Assembly (NCBI RefSeq): GCF_009914755.1
Contig: NC_060931.1
Origin: the human T2T-CHM13v2.0 reference genome, Homo sapiens
Direction: 5' to 3' (one strand)
DNA length: 64,000 nucleotides
Position numbers and translations under genes: made by a program
Part shown: positions 27,451-41,837 of the stretch, piece after piece
Layout of the letters: each line of letters opens with the position of its first letter
How positions within the stretch are numbered: the stretch's first letter is position 1
The notes under the pieces: model-generated
What the model was told of the DNA's origin: nothing
What the model saw: only the letters and a program-made list of their open reading frames with translations
The model's database searches: none

Positions 27451-28149
27451 AAAGGAAGGAGGCCAAAGTGAGGAAATTATATCTAAAATACATATTCAGT
27501 CAAAATAAAAACAACTTCACATACATACAAGTGCTTTTATCTTTTATGTAACAATTGATAATGCTTCTCCAACTATCAATGAAGAAGTAATTTTTTGTGA
27601 TCCAACATAGAAAGGTGACTTTGTAAAAAGAATGAATATATCTCAGCAATGTCAAGTTTTGCTGCAAGCATTTCTAAATGTTACTCTCACTTGCTTACTA
27701 ACCCACTATGGACTGCTAAGTGCACAGACTCCACTTGTCTGCAGATTATGTCAGGCATGCATAGCTAGATGGAAACAATTATCAATGAGGATGGTACCTC
27801 TGCTCCACCAGTTCCTGCAAGGAGACAAGTTTTTTCTATCTTGGGGCACTCCATCTCATAGACACACTGACTCATGAAGAAAACCAAGTCTTGTGGTCTT
27901 TACTGATAGTCCACCTAAAGATAGAATAATCTTTTACTCTGAGAGGGAAGATTTTTAAGGACAAATGCAAGCTCTGGCCCAGAAACATAATAGGCTCATT
28001 AACCAGTGTGCAGTATCTTCTCATGCTGGTGCCCATGTGTTTATAGTGGCTCTATTTTCATGAGCATGAAATTTTCATCAGCTTTGCTCAGCATCCCAGG
28101 TACCTGCATGGAGTTAACTGACCACTGGGTTCATTCAGGGCATGAATAT

Positions 28150-28700
28150 TGACAGATATGTCAGAAAGGCAATGAGACAGGTAAGGCTGAGATAGAGGCA
28201 AGACAGGGTTAAATTTCTGAATCTGGAGCTGTAAGTAGATATGGCAGGATATGGCTATATAAGGCTAAGTGGAGGGTTGATAGATTGGTACTCACAAAGC
28301 TTAAAGGGCTAGGATGTTGGGAATAAATTATCAAGTGATCTGGAATAGAGGAAGTTGTGAACAGAGAGTGGATTGTATGGATTTACTATTTTGGGGGATG
28401 GCAAGAACAAGAAAGTAGGAGGCTCATAGTGTGGGCATATTGGGGAGGTTATAGAAATTGAGTAAAATAGATTACTGGAGTTATTTCTGGTAACAAAATT
28501 AAAGTTTCTGAAGCTGGTGAATGGGTCATGAATGTGGGTCTTCAAATTGTTTAGGTTGATAGAGGATGTGTAAGTACAACAGAGAAGAAGTCTAAGAGAC
28601 ACCTGCCAATTTCGTAGCAACTGAAAGAAAAACAGCTAAGAATGCAACAGAGAACAGCAGCAAAGAAGAGCACAGAGTGGCAAATACAGAATAAAAAATT
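28150..28700 (-). mobile_element. L2 fragments, antisense
   Basis: Purine-rich decayed L2 body (gtttctgaagctggtgaatggg, gaagtctaagagacacctgccaattt). Confidence 0.4.
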
Positions 28701-28933
28701 CAGAGTATTTATTTATGTGCTTTTTGTTTGTTTGCTTAAGAGAATGATGGAGAAGTCAGGGTCTGACACAGGTAGCAATGAGCAACAGGCAGTCTCACTC
28801 CAGGCAAAGGCCAAAGGCAGAATAGAATTCTTGGCACTTTTATGTAATTGAGCTGTGGTAGAAAATGTCAAATTAGGGTTTCTTGGACTGACAAAACAAT
28901 GGTTCTTTCACTGGGTGATCACATTGAGACAGT

Positions 28934-28942
28934 GGTTTTTTT

Positions 28943-28976
<34 letters not shown>
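28934..28976. repeat. Poly-T tract
   Basis: About 40 T with one interrupting G. Confidence 0.95.
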
Positions 28977-28977
<1 letters not shown>

Positions 28978-29253
28978 TTTGGTCTCTATTAAATGCAGTG
29001 ACTAAGCAATGTCCAACTATTACCTGTGCTAGGAATATACACTAAAAATTTTAGTCCTGGAGGCAACATTGTTCTTTCTGTCAATGCGGTTGAAGAACAG
29101 GAGTTTTGGTAATCTACACTGATGATCATATAGAGAGTTGCTCATATCTGTTAACAGTAAATAAAAGTGTTTTTTCTGATACCCTTATTGGTCTTAGCAG
29201 GGCTAAATCCAGTTAGTAAATTGAATTACATTTGTAGTATAAATAAGCAAGCT

Positions 29254-29304
29254 ACACATACACACACACACACATAGACACACACACACAAACACACACA
29301 CACA
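29254..29304. repeat. Imperfect (CA)n
   Basis: Directly visible. Confidence 0.9.
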
Positions 29305-30128
29305 GAAACTCACAGAATCTATTCAAATGGGAATTCTCCGTTGTCACAGGCAATAAAAGTTTTTAGTGTTAGTGTTAGTAAATATTTAACAACTGATTCT
29401 CTAGAAAAAAAAATGTGTATGTGTGTGTTTATACACACAAGAGTATATTTAAAAAATTTTGCTGATATTAACATGCATGGCACTGAATTTACAAATTACT
29501 CTAAAATATATCATACTCTGTATTGTAAATTCTTCTAGCCAATTTATTTTAAATGAAAGCTTTCATTGATTTTGGCTAAACTCTTGCCTATGTAACCAAT
29601 CTCTGGTGCAATTCTATCGTTATTTGTTAAAACAAGACTACAAATAAAGGCTTGATTACTATCTGATTCAGCAAATATGTCACTAATGTCATCAATGAAT
29701 GAGTGCAAGTCTGCCATGAAGGTTTTGCTTATGTTAAAGGGTATGGTGAAGGTGTAACAAGGCAGATGTACGTCGGAAATTCCCTCCCTTGTCAAAGACA
29801 TGAGCAACTTCTTTGTTGAATCAGATAATAATTTTCAACACTGAAATAATATTTTCTCACATTTTTGAGCTATGCACAATGTAATGGCTAAAGACATGAA
29901 ACAATTTATTAATATTTATTAATATTAATATTTTTCTGTTTCATTTTTTAAAGTCTAGACAATCTACAAAACAATAAATGAAACCCTGGTTTTTAACCTT
30001 TGCATCTGATAAAATATTCCAGTCATGACTGCTTTAAGTGACCCACAAAGCTACACTGCATATAGAGGTGGGAAAAGACTCCCATGAGTACACTATCTGA
30101 TAGGATTTCCATCCTACAGAGGCCACAG

Positions 30129-30188
30129 ACTTAAGCAGTCTCTAATCTCAAGAGCATACTTAAGCAGTCTCTAATCTCAAGAGCGTAC
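30129..30188. repeat. 29-bp tandem duplication
   Basis: acttaagcagtctctaatctcaagagc(a/g)t twice, one mismatch. Confidence 0.95.
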
Positions 30189-30624
30189 CTGCTAACGTAT
30201 GCCCAATAATTAGAAAGTAATGTCTTGAATATTCATGACCTTTGATTTTAGTATAATTTATTTAATTTTATGTTTCTGTAATTGAGTTTTTAATAATGCA
30301 AAATGCCTACAAAATTCTTGACAATTTATCAATAGTCCCTCTGAGCTGGTGTGAACCAGCTCTATCCCATCGCTGTTTTAAGAAAGAGTTTAAGAACACT
30401 GGTTGATCTTACTTAAAATGGTTATAATCTAATAAGTGTTCCAATGGACAAAAGAGAAAAATGATGATAAGATGGTATAAAGTGTTCCAGGTCTGTGTTT
30501 TCCCAGGAAGTCCCCAACATAAGCATACTGCTAACATAAGGGGTGAGTGGGAAAGAATGGCTGAACATGAGGTAGAGGGATCCTGATCTAAGTTAAGGAC
30601 CAGCCTTCATGGTATTAGGAATCA

Positions 30625-30838
30625 TAGAGAAGTATTTAGTTCTTAAGAATGCAAACTCTGGACTCCTGGCTCCACCACTTGCCAGCCAAGTCGGGGTCTT
30701 GTTCAACTGTTCAACCTCTGCCTCTATTTCCTCATCTATTAAATTGGAGTATTAAGAGTGCAAATTTATAGGGTCTTGTTAAAGTTACATAAGTAAAGTG
30801 TTAGAATAGTGCCTGGAAGATACTATGTGCTAGCTGCT
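30625..30838 (+). mobile_element. MIR
   Basis: cctggctccaccacttgccagc...tttcctcatctattaaattgg...gtaaagtgttagaatagtgcctgg. Confidence 0.8.
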
Positions 30839-30849
30839 ACCATGAAATC

Positions 30850-31164
30850 CTTTTTTTAATTTTAATTTTAATTTTAATTTTGAGATGGAGTCTGGCTGTG
30901 TTGCCCAGGGTGGAGTACAGTGGCATGTTCTCAGCTCACTGCAACCTCCACCTCCCAGGTTCAAGGGATTCTCATGCCTCAGACTCCTGGGCAGCTGAGA
31001 CTACAGGTGCACACCATCATGCCTGGCTACTTTTTTCTATTTTTAATAGAGACCCAGTTTCCCCATGTTGGCCAGGCTGGTCTCAAACTCCTGACCTCTA
31101 GTGATCCACCTGCGTCAGCCTCCCAAAGTGCTGGGACTACAGGTATGAGCCACTGCGCCCAGCC
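30850..31164 (-). mobile_element. AluS with TSD
   Basis: Antisense Alu; TSD taccatgaaatc at 30838-30849 and 31165-31176. Confidence 0.95.
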
Positions 31165-31787
31165 TACCATGAAATCTTTAGATCAATAAAATACCTAAAC
31201 TTTCCTCAAGTTCTATGTGCGTTTCTCTCTTTCCTCCCTGATTCTGGCATTCAACAATTATTTTTACAAGTAATGCAGTTTGAGTATTGAGTCATTACGT
31301 ATATAATCCATGTTAATGGTGAAGTTAATTGGACAAAGAAATAGGCTTTAAAGAAATCTCCTGGGAGTAGACAAATATTGTAAATACATTCCTCATAGAG
31401 ACATTGAGTGGAACAATGCAAATATGATAACGTAGGGATTTAGAGAAAACCAAGTTGAATCACATCACTGATGCATACTTGTTTGATTTTAGAAGTTTTG
31501 CTTTTTCTCTCTGAGTTTTATTTTTCTTAGTTGTAAAATATAAAGATTTTATCTGTAAATACATCAGTATTTACCTCTAAAGTTGATAATTCTTTTTTTT
31601 ATAAAAAGATACTTAACAAGGATATCATCATACACAAAAAGAAAATTATTGATGACTGCATAATGAAGATTTTACAAGATTGCTCAGGGGATTGAAGGTA
31701 ATGGGTGCAATGACACTCCACACCATTAACCTCTGGAGCGTTTACTAATACAATTATTGTTGTTATTAAGAAAAACTATTTTACTTG

Positions 31788-32143
31788 TGCTATGATCTGA
31801 ATGTTTGTGTCCCTCCCGAATTCCTATGTTGAAATCCTAAGGCCTCAGACTTTAGTATTAGGAAGTGGGGCCTTCAGGGTGATTAGCTCATGAGGGTGAA
31901 GCCCTTATGAATGGGATTAGTGCCCTTGTAAAAGGCCTGACAGATCTTTTTCTTTTTGCCATGTGAAGACACAGAGAAAAGACAGCTGCTGATGAACCAA
32001 AAATCAGCTCTCACCAGATACTGATCTGCAGATGCCTTCATCTTGAACTTCCCTGCCTTCAGAACCATGAAAAATCAATGTTTGTTGTTTCAAGCCACCC
32101 AGTTTGTGGTATTTCATTATAGTAGTCTGAATGGCCTAAGACA
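31788..32143 (+). mobile_element. MLT1A-like MaLR LTR
   Basis: tgctatgatctgaatgtttgtgtccc...atgggattagtgccctt...aagccacccagtttgtggtattt...ctaagaca. Confidence 0.9.
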
Positions 32144-33097
32144 ATCTCTTTGTGTCTAGAGTGTAATGACAAATAAATGAGCCTACACCTACCTTACTTA
32201 GGTGAAATGATAGTTAACAGGGGTAATATAATTGAAATTTTCCTTTTATTTTGCAATGAATTAGGTTTCATTAGAGATATTGAGTTAGTACTAGAATTTT
32301 AGGTAAAGTTTGTAAATAGTACCAAAATTTCCTAAAACATAAAACTCTCATACACTTATATTATGTTTAAGTTAATTGCTGTCCCTGACAAATTTTATCA
32401 ATGCAAAGTGTATGAACTGCTCACCCATATTTTTATATGACATTTAAGGCAATCAAAAAGGATGTTCCTGTTTTATTTGCTGTACTAGGAGACTGTATAG
32501 TTTAATTACTTTATTACCTACTATAGATAAGAGAGTCATTGATTTTTTTTTTCGTCAACAAATTTTCTTTTACTCCCCAAACAGCATGAAACGTCTAATG
32601 ATTTGAACCTGTTCCCAGTCTGGTTTCTATGTCCCTTTTAAACTGGCTTCCATTCTTGACATTGGTGTTCAGTAGTTTAACTTGACCAATGTTATCAAAA
32701 CCAGAAGACAGCATTTGCATCCTTAATTACAGCCTATGATGTTGTGACAATTAGTTCAATTGTTTCAAGATGAAATTAATGTTGCAAATGGAACATGTGC
32801 TATGGTCATGACTCTTAATTGAGGCTACTTACTGATGCTGATGAAAGGAACAGAAATGATTGCATTACTTCATATCTATAATTGTAGCTAACTTTGGCTT
32901 ACTTGATGCCTACAATAAGAGCTTATTAGGTTTGACCAGTAAAGACTCAAAATTTGTCAGTCTCACAGATTTGCCCTGAAAATTTATCCCCCTATGGCCA
33001 TGAGCACCGTATACAAAGTAACACAGGTAAGGATGGACAATATAAATGTTATTTGTTGTTTTTGTTTTCATCTGTTTTGCTTTACGCTTCCTTGTGA

Positions 33098-33257
33098 AGA
33101 GATAGAACAAGAGCAAGATGCAGGGGAGCAGGGGGCAGGGGAGAAGGAGAGAGAGAGAGGGAAGGTGGGAAAGAGAAACAAAAAGAGGAAGAAAGAGAGG
33201 GGGAGGAGTAGGAGAGAGAGGAAGAACAGGGAGAGAGGGGAGGAGAGAGAGAGGGAG
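33098..33257. repeat. GA-rich low-complexity tract
   Basis: Directly visible; source of the R/E/K-rich ORF 32994-33383. Confidence 0.9.
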
Positions 33258-35653
33258 ACTCTGATTATTTTTTCTTCACAACTTAAATTATCTCGTAAAT
33301 TTCCAAGGCTTTTCCAGGCTACCCAAGATATCAAAATAGTTCATACAGTTCTAAAACAGGGTTGTAAAACCTTGAATTGGTAAAATGTATTTCAGTACAT
33401 ATTTTTGTAAAGATTGTTATCTCTTAAATGTGATTATTTTCTCACAGGGATTTCTACTACCATTCATAATTAAACATTTCTGCCTCCTAGCCAGCCCTCA
33501 AAAATTCATAATTAATTTAATGATTGATTCATCTACTTATTCCAACAACTTGGTCAACTGTTCACCCCCTTCTTTATGCACTATTTATAGTGGAGCACAT
33601 TTGATTTCACTTGATAGCTAAATTAATGATATACACTCTCATTTTCAAAGTTAGTCAGCCACTATTGTAGGTGTGTACTATTGTCTCCAAATATCTGTGA
33701 ATTAAAAAAAAATGACTATTATATTCAACAACTATTATTTACTGCTCACATCACCCCTTTGAAAAAAAAGGATGAGGATGGAAAAAAAAAAAACTTCACC
33801 TATATAAGGCATGAAAATCCATCCACTGACACGTACTTTTTCTCCTTCTAAGAGTAAAGCACTCACTGAAATTTTGGATAAATTCAGATGTCCAAATCAA
33901 CAAATTCCTATTTGTAAGTGGAATTCCTTACACGCACTGAATATAAATGGCTGGGTTCAGACACACAACACAACCTATGTTGTTTTTCTCAGCCTCATTC
34001 CGCACCATGTGCCTCACATCTTTTCCTAACCGCACAATTACGAGGCCAGTATGTGGCTGGGAGGGTTTCCAATCCCCTGAACTGCTGTCATTGGCTGCAT
34101 TCACAGATTCATCTCTCCCTATTACTTATGAGTCTGCCACACACAAAAACTAGTAACAAGTACAACCCTGAAAACACAGGTAGCAAAACAAGTGAAAGTG
34201 AAAAATCCAGTCTTGAGGGCTTCATTTCAACACAAACCTATTCATGTGACACCAGCTTAGGTTGGCATCTGCACAAGTTAACCTCATGCTTGTGCACCAG
34301 GGCACAGGGAAAGGAAAGTAAAAAAATATCTCATATCTTTTATAGAAAAATGACGATTGAAAGGACAAATGAAACTAATGCCATTTGCTTTCTAGTAAGA
34401 AAAATGGCTCAGGTTGTTTTTATTTGTATGACCACAAAAATCAACTGAGTCTTAGTAGATATTTTAAGACAGTCATTATTCCTCTTGATTGGCATGATGC
34501 TCTTGCTTTTCCCATTACTTTATATGTGAAGAAATTTCTCTTCTGTTCATGGTTCTCATTTTTGAGGTTAATTCCTTTTTCAATTTAGTCACCTGGAAAA
34601 AACCTAATAATTTCTGTAGGATAAATCTGGCCTATGGCATAGATTGAGTAGACACATTTGGAGTCTGGAAACCCCTCAGCAGGTGCGCATGTGTATTGCT
34701 TACTGCACTCTTAGCTACTCCCTTATAACATAACGGCTCAGTACTAATGTGTCATGGACAGAGTCCACATAAATAATTACAATACAGTCCCAGCTCCAAC
34801 ATTCATTATCTGTGACATTTTAGCTCCATCTTGGTAATGCTTGGGAGCTATCATTTATCAATTATGTGTTTGCTCCTGGGATCTCAAAACATTACAGCAC
34901 ACATCATTTCTAATTACTCTGACATCAGCCTTTGGCATTTGCCTCCAATGTATTGATTAAATGTTGGCCACTAATAATTCATAAGTTTAAGTAAAAAAGT
35001 CAAGACAAGTTCCTGACCTATGATAAATAAGTCAAAAATTATAAGTAAGTGTAATATTTATTTTACATTTATTCTTTTTCTGGAAATGATAACATTAATG
35101 ACACTTCTTTCTGATCCTAAAATCCTCCTTGAAAATATCAGTCAAACCAGTTATCAGTTACAATACATATTAAGTAATTTTGCCTGAAAACTATATAATT
35201 ATGTGGGAATTCCCTAATTGTTTGGGGGTCAAGCACATTTTTCTAATTATGGGATTTTTAATTTTCTTTTCATGCTGTATAGGTTGGGCAGGATTTATTT
35301 TAAATTAGAGAAGTACTCACATTTGATACAATCATGTGAAAATACTCTAAAAGTTTAGGCTAATAGTTGATGACACTAGGTAGCATTTTAGTTTATATTA
35401 TGGAAATTTTCTTTCCCCAAATACTGAAAACAAAAATAATCATCCACGTAATATTTAATAGCAGCAAAATTATTGCTCTTAAATTATAGTTAAAGGTGAA
35501 CTCTCTACAGTCTTCTCTGTGAAAGAAATCTTTGGGGAATATGCTGCAGTTATAATCATGCTTGCTCTAGGATGGTTGTGTGATTGAATCCTTTTTAGAG
35601 TACTGAGCTCTTGTTGTTGAGGTTGACTTTCTTTTAGTTCTTTGGTCAGCCAC

Positions 35654-36107
35654 TGTGCTCGGCTGAAGAGTGTCCTCCCAGAGATATTAGGCTCAAATCC
35701 CTGCAACCCATACAAATTACTTTATAAGGAAATAGGATCTTTGCAAATGACACTAAGTTAAAGGTCTTGAGTTATGGAGATTATCTTGAATTATCCAGGT
35801 AGGCTTTAAATCCAATCACGAGTGTCCTTATAATAAAGAGGCAAAGGAGATTTGACACAGAAAGAGGAAGAAAAGGCGAGTATCCATGGAGACAGAGATT
35901 GAAGTGAATAGGTCCCAAGATAAAAAATGCCAACAGGTAGCAGAGGCTGCTACAAGGAAAGGTTCTCCTGGTGCCTCCCGAGAGATGTGGGCCCTGCAGG
36001 CTTCTCAGTCTCTACCCAGGAACACCGAAGCTGTGAGCAGATTGATCTTCTGTTTCAAGCCACTAAGTCTGAGGTGGTTTGTTGCAGCGACCATCTGAAA
36101 ATTGTGC
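35654..36107 (+). mobile_element. MLT1C/D-like MaLR LTR
   Basis: ggaaataggatctttgcaaatg, taaatccaatcacgagtgtccttat, atggagacagagattgaagtga, aagccactaagtctgaggtggtttgttgcagc. Confidence 0.85.
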
Positions 36108-36640
36108 TCCATTGTGAATGAACAGGCTAAAAACTGTTAAGTGCTACCCTGTGAATAAGGAAAAATGGAAAAATCACATGATTATACCACGCCACTACCC
36201 TTCTTAATAAGATGGAAACAAATACCTGAAGAACTAAATAAAATAAACAGCAAAACTGCTTATGAGTCATTTTATATTACTTATTAGAAAATACTTTTTA
36301 TCTAAATGCAAAAATATATGCTTTTAAGATTATATATTATCTACAATTTCAGAAATGTGAGCCAGTATTTAATGATAAAAATAGTATATGCTGAAAACAT
36401 GAAACAAATAAGAATGTGAAATTAGGATGAAATTGTCATCATCCGTATCACATCCCCATTCCACTCACCCAGCCTCTGTTATTACAGACAATTTTAGTCA
36501 ACAGCTGAGTGTGTGTATGTAGGTGTGTGTATATTTTCTGGAAATTTAAATTCATGCACTTGTATCTATGTGTATATATAGAGAGATTTCTGTTCTTTAA
36601 GTAAAAACATCAAAACTTTACCTTACCTAAGTTAGAATAA

Positions 36641-36697
36641 TGTGTGTGTGTATATATGTATATACATATATACACACACACACACACATATATATAT
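36641..36697. repeat. (TG)(TA)(CA) compound microsatellite
   Basis: Directly visible; quasi-palindromic. Confidence 0.9.
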
Positions 36698-37937
36698 TTG
36701 TTTCATCTCTGAATAATTAGGTCTTCTTCTTGAGTCTTCACTGCTAGGTTAGTGTGCTTGTTTAGATTAGCATGTTTAAATAGTATAAATATCTCTTCAG
36801 GTAACACTAGATGTCTCCTCATGAAAAATCTAAACAAAAAGCAAACAAAAACATTCTTGGCCTCTCTTGCTGATTACCTCCCTCCATGTCTCTCCTAAAG
36901 GCACATGAGTATGGGAATAAAGAAGACTGTGTGTTTTTCTTGACCTTTTGGTAAAGGAAATGACTAAGTTCCTTGGTCTCATTTGGTCACCGAATGTCCT
37001 TTTTGGTTCTTGCAACAAAGTTAACATTCCTCATAGCAGCCTCAACCAAGCTCAGAACAAGACACTGACAGGACCTGTCTGCAAATAGCCAAAGTGACTA
37101 GGTAACCTCTTCTATCTTTTCTTCTATCTTCTGTCTTTCTCGGAGTGGTTATTGCTGCTGTGCCAATGACAGCTCTCAGCCCTACATTAATACCTCTGTC
37201 TCCAAGAAAAAAAAAAAAAAACTTATAGAGACCCTCAATCACAGGACTGTCCTACATCTTCACAGTATCCAACTCAGTACTGACTTCTATTTCCTAATCC
37301 CTCCTCTGAATCATATAAGCCAAACAAATTGCTCCTCCTAAATTGTCAAGCTAAAAATGAAATGCAGAAAAAAACCCTACTCTTTCTTTTCCTACAGGTA
37401 GGCTATTCGTGGCATTTACTGAGGTTTGCCACCTGCAAAGCTGAAGTCTGTAACTAATGAAATATCAGGCAACATGCATCCTCTATCCCATTGATGGTAA
37501 AGTAGATTTTATTCTTTTTTTCTGTCTTTGTTTTTTCTTTATATCAAGAAACTGGCCAACTCTCTTAGGCAAATGCTATGTCTTTCTTTAAACAATTGGA
37601 AAACTCTAGTTACTACAATGCAGGTCCTTAGTATGGAAGGTGCTACTGCAGGCATCTAGCAAGCCCTTCTGTGGTGCCTGGCACGCCAGGTGGCTTCCTG
37701 GCTGCATGATTGCATTCACATCACAGAAGCTCTGCATTGCTCAGTCCTTCTTCAGCACTCTTCCGGTCTTCCTAGGTCTCCACTGCTTCCTGCCCCCACC
37801 TCACCCAATTACACACCCTGTGTGGATGGACAGTTCAAGACAATTATTTTGTTGTACATACCATTCCACACTCACAAACAGGGTTTGTTAATATGTTTGT
37901 TTTCACACCATGGAACATCTCTCAAAAATCTTTTCTT

Positions 37938-38049
37938 GGCGAGATGCGGTGGCTCACGTCTGTAATCCCAGGAGGAGGTTGCAGTGAGCCGAGATCATGC
38001 CACTGCACTCCAGCCTGGGCAACAGAGCAAGACTCCCTGTCAAAAAAAA
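37938..38049 (+). mobile_element. Internally deleted or chimeric Alu (left-arm head fused to right-arm tail)
   Basis: ggcgagatgcggtggctcacgtctgtaatcccag joined directly to gaggaggttgcagtgagccgagatc...ccagcctgggcaacagagcaagactcc, then an A tail. Confidence 0.9.
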
Positions 38050-39226
38050 TGCATATATATATATATATATATATGCATTATAAAATAAATTATGATATGC
38101 ATATAAAACTCCACATTATAAAACCAATGAAAATAATGGTAAGATTTTCTAGCAAAATGGAAAAGAATTATACAAAAAATTAAATTTAGAAAGCAGGTTA
38201 CAAAATTAAATATATGCCATCCTAGCTATGTAAAATATGAAGCTTAGTATTGTTGTAACCAAACATGATGTAAAGTTAACAATACCTATGTCTAGGTGTG
38301 TGATTATGTAGTTTTCTTCCTTTTGTGGCATTTTTAATGTTCAAACCTATTTTTTAAAAAATACTTTAAATAATTAGAAAACAACTGAAACAAAGAAAAA
38401 TCAGTACTCTTGATACATCCTACCTAGAGACCTAAAAAAGACAATGCCCCAAATTTAGGCTCTTTTAAACAGGAAAATTGTTTCTGTTTGAAAAAATAAC
38501 TGGAAAACTGTTTTCACATCTGGAAATTAAACCAAGAGATACATGTACAAATACAAATCAAAGTGGGAGATGATGTAAAATAAGTTATTAAATAAAGTTT
38601 ACGTTTTAAAGTAGTGTACTTCACAGCGTCAACAATTATGATGCATTTCTACTTGTGCTGATGCCATGAAGATAAGTCTGCCCTAGGTTTACTGGCTATA
38701 TAGTAGGGCTTGGCATGATTTCTACTACAGATTTAGGAATTGGCTTTACTGGGAGAAGGAGGAATCTTACCAGGCCAAGATCAGCCAAAGAAGAGGAAGC
38801 ACATGTTCCCCAGCCTCCTGTAACTCTAGAGAGGCAAGGGGATTGTTTGGAGAAGGCTAGGTTCTGCAGGATCAATATTCAACATTGTTGCTTACCAGGA
38901 ACAACACTGTCTCCATACTTTTTATAAGGTAGTGGAGAGAAAATGGCCTTCTCAATGGGAGAATGATTAGACTTCTTTGAGGACATTCCATTCAGGTTTG
39001 GGTGACCGCTACTCATTAAAGCCGCATCCCAGTACCTGTAAATCATGAAGTGCACTGGAATCACCCTGCCTTCTGAGGGAGAGGAAGACACAGGAGCCCT
39101 GGGAGGCTGAGTTTGAGGGCACTGCTACTAATCTAATGGATGAATAGGGCTCTGATCTCCCCCTCGCTTTTAGTCCTGGTGACATGGTGTGGGCCTCCAG
39201 TTCATTTCACCTTAGCTTACAAGAAA

Positions 39227-39511
<285 letters not shown>

Positions 39512-39586
39512 GCAGGCTTATATTTTTAGACATTTTCATACTTTTAACATTTTTACTATAAACTGTAGCATAAAGAATACATTAGC

Positions 39587-39888
<302 letters not shown>

Positions 39889-40055
39889 TTAGCACAGAAA
39901 ATATTTTCTACATTTTATATATCTTTCAAGATACATTTTTACTGATTTTTTCAAAATGATTGGAAATAATTTTGTCCTAATTTCCATTCACATTTTCCGT
40001 TTATGTTAATTATTTCATTTGTCCATTGCCAGCAATGTGACTCTGTTCATACATG

Positions 40056-40148
40056 CACACCCACACACACAGGACACACACCCACACACACAGGACACAC
40101 ACCCACACACACAGGACACACACCCACACACACAGGACACCCACATAC
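40056..40148. repeat. 21-bp minisatellite, about 4 copies
   Basis: Unit cccacacacacaggacacaca. Confidence 0.93.
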
Positions 40149-41837
40149 AACACAAGAAAGAATACACTGAAACCACATTACACATTTGCTAAGTTGGTAA
40201 GCCAGATCATAACTTGTTTTGATTTTTATTTCTTTTGTTTGGCACTGATTATGAACAAAATTAAAAGTAAGGAGATGAATAATAAAATCAAGAAAAAATA
40301 GATGTAATTAGTAAAGCATGGAATGGAAATTAATTTATTAGCAGTAATTATGCACTTCACAGGTGTCCTGCAGGGCACAAATGGGATGAGGCTTGCAAAA
40401 TGCTCATCAAGATTGGCACATATTAAACACTTGACAAATCGCAGCACCCATGCGTCTTCAAAGAGCTGGTCCAGATGACGTCCTTTGAAATAAGACAGAA
40501 TAAATTTAGACTCCTTTCTGCATAAGCATTATTGAGATATGGGAAAGCAGGTGTCATGTCTTCCTTAGCTCATTTTTATATTCCTTCAAATCTCTCTCAT
40601 AAAATAAATTTTCTGGTGATTTATTTGGTCAACGTCTCATAAGTACTTTCTACCCAATATGCTCATGTCTACACTATTCTATGCATCTTTCAATTCGCTC
40701 TAAAATGATTTTAATTCTAGGATTATTAATGCACCCCAGTCATAGATACAAGCTGGTAAAAATTTAAACCAATTTGCTTATGTTTATCAGGATTTAAACC
40801 TAAGCTCACTTCCTAAATAAGCTAAATCAACTGTTTCAAATGTGATTGGAAACTATAAAAGTTATACTGAAACCATTTAAGTTACCTGTCTTTATCAAGT
40901 ATGGTCCTGATAGTAAAGTGTGAACCTGAAACATTATTAAATGAAGGATAGAGAACAGAGACCTTGGCTCTTCACTAAAAGCCTCTCGGAAGATTGATAT
41001 TGATTCACTTCTAGACAAAATCTTTAGAGAATTTGGCTACCTTAAAACTACGATCTGCATTAAAATATGTAATATGTGTATAATTCTGTTCATTCACCAC
41101 TGGTGTCAAAGAGAAATGAATTTATTCTGCAATGACATTTAAAAACATAATCTGGACTGCAAAGGTCATGTTGTTCTATCATTTCCATCATATTATAAAT
41201 GTGGTGAATAAATTTGTGATTATCCATTTAAAAATTTTATTTATTTCAAATTCTGACTCGGGTATGCATTATATGAAGTATGTTCATATTCTTCTTGATA
41301 ATTATCATATTAAGTTAGTGATTTGTATGTAAATCTATAATAATCACCATTGTATTAAATTGTAATTTGATTGTATGCATATGCTTTCTATTAAAAAGTT
41401 ATCCATTTAGTTACTGGGTACAAGGATGATATTTAATTTAAAGATGTGTTATTAATTTGATCCTCAGACAATGGGTTCCACCTGAAGAAATGTAAAAATA
41501 AGATTTAAGATAAGTAACATAAAAGTATTCAAGGAAGAAGGTAATGTGCTACTTATAAATATTAGTAAAAAAAAAAATTAGCAAGATAATCCACCACTTC
41601 ATTTTGAAAGTAGTACAAGATGATCAACTGGTATTTATAGCATAAATGAAGGAATGCTTCAATATAAGAGAATGTATTAATGTAATTCACTATATTAATT
41701 GATATGAGAAAATTCATGTTATGCTCATGGGTGCTGGAAAGGACTTTTTCAAAATTCAGTTCCCATTTCTGATTAAACCAGTCAATAAATAGAAATTAAT
41801 AGAATTAATAGATTGTTTCTCTCATATGTATAGGAGA

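Noticed and set aside
32994-33383. 129-aa charged ORF
   Set aside because: Translation of a GA-rich low-complexity tract.
33918-34448. 176-aa ORF in unique sequence
   Set aside because: GTG start, no recognisable domain or coding-like composition.
37381-37402. Strong-looking splice acceptor (tctttcttttcctacag)
   Set aside because: Isolated motif with no supportable exon or gene structure.
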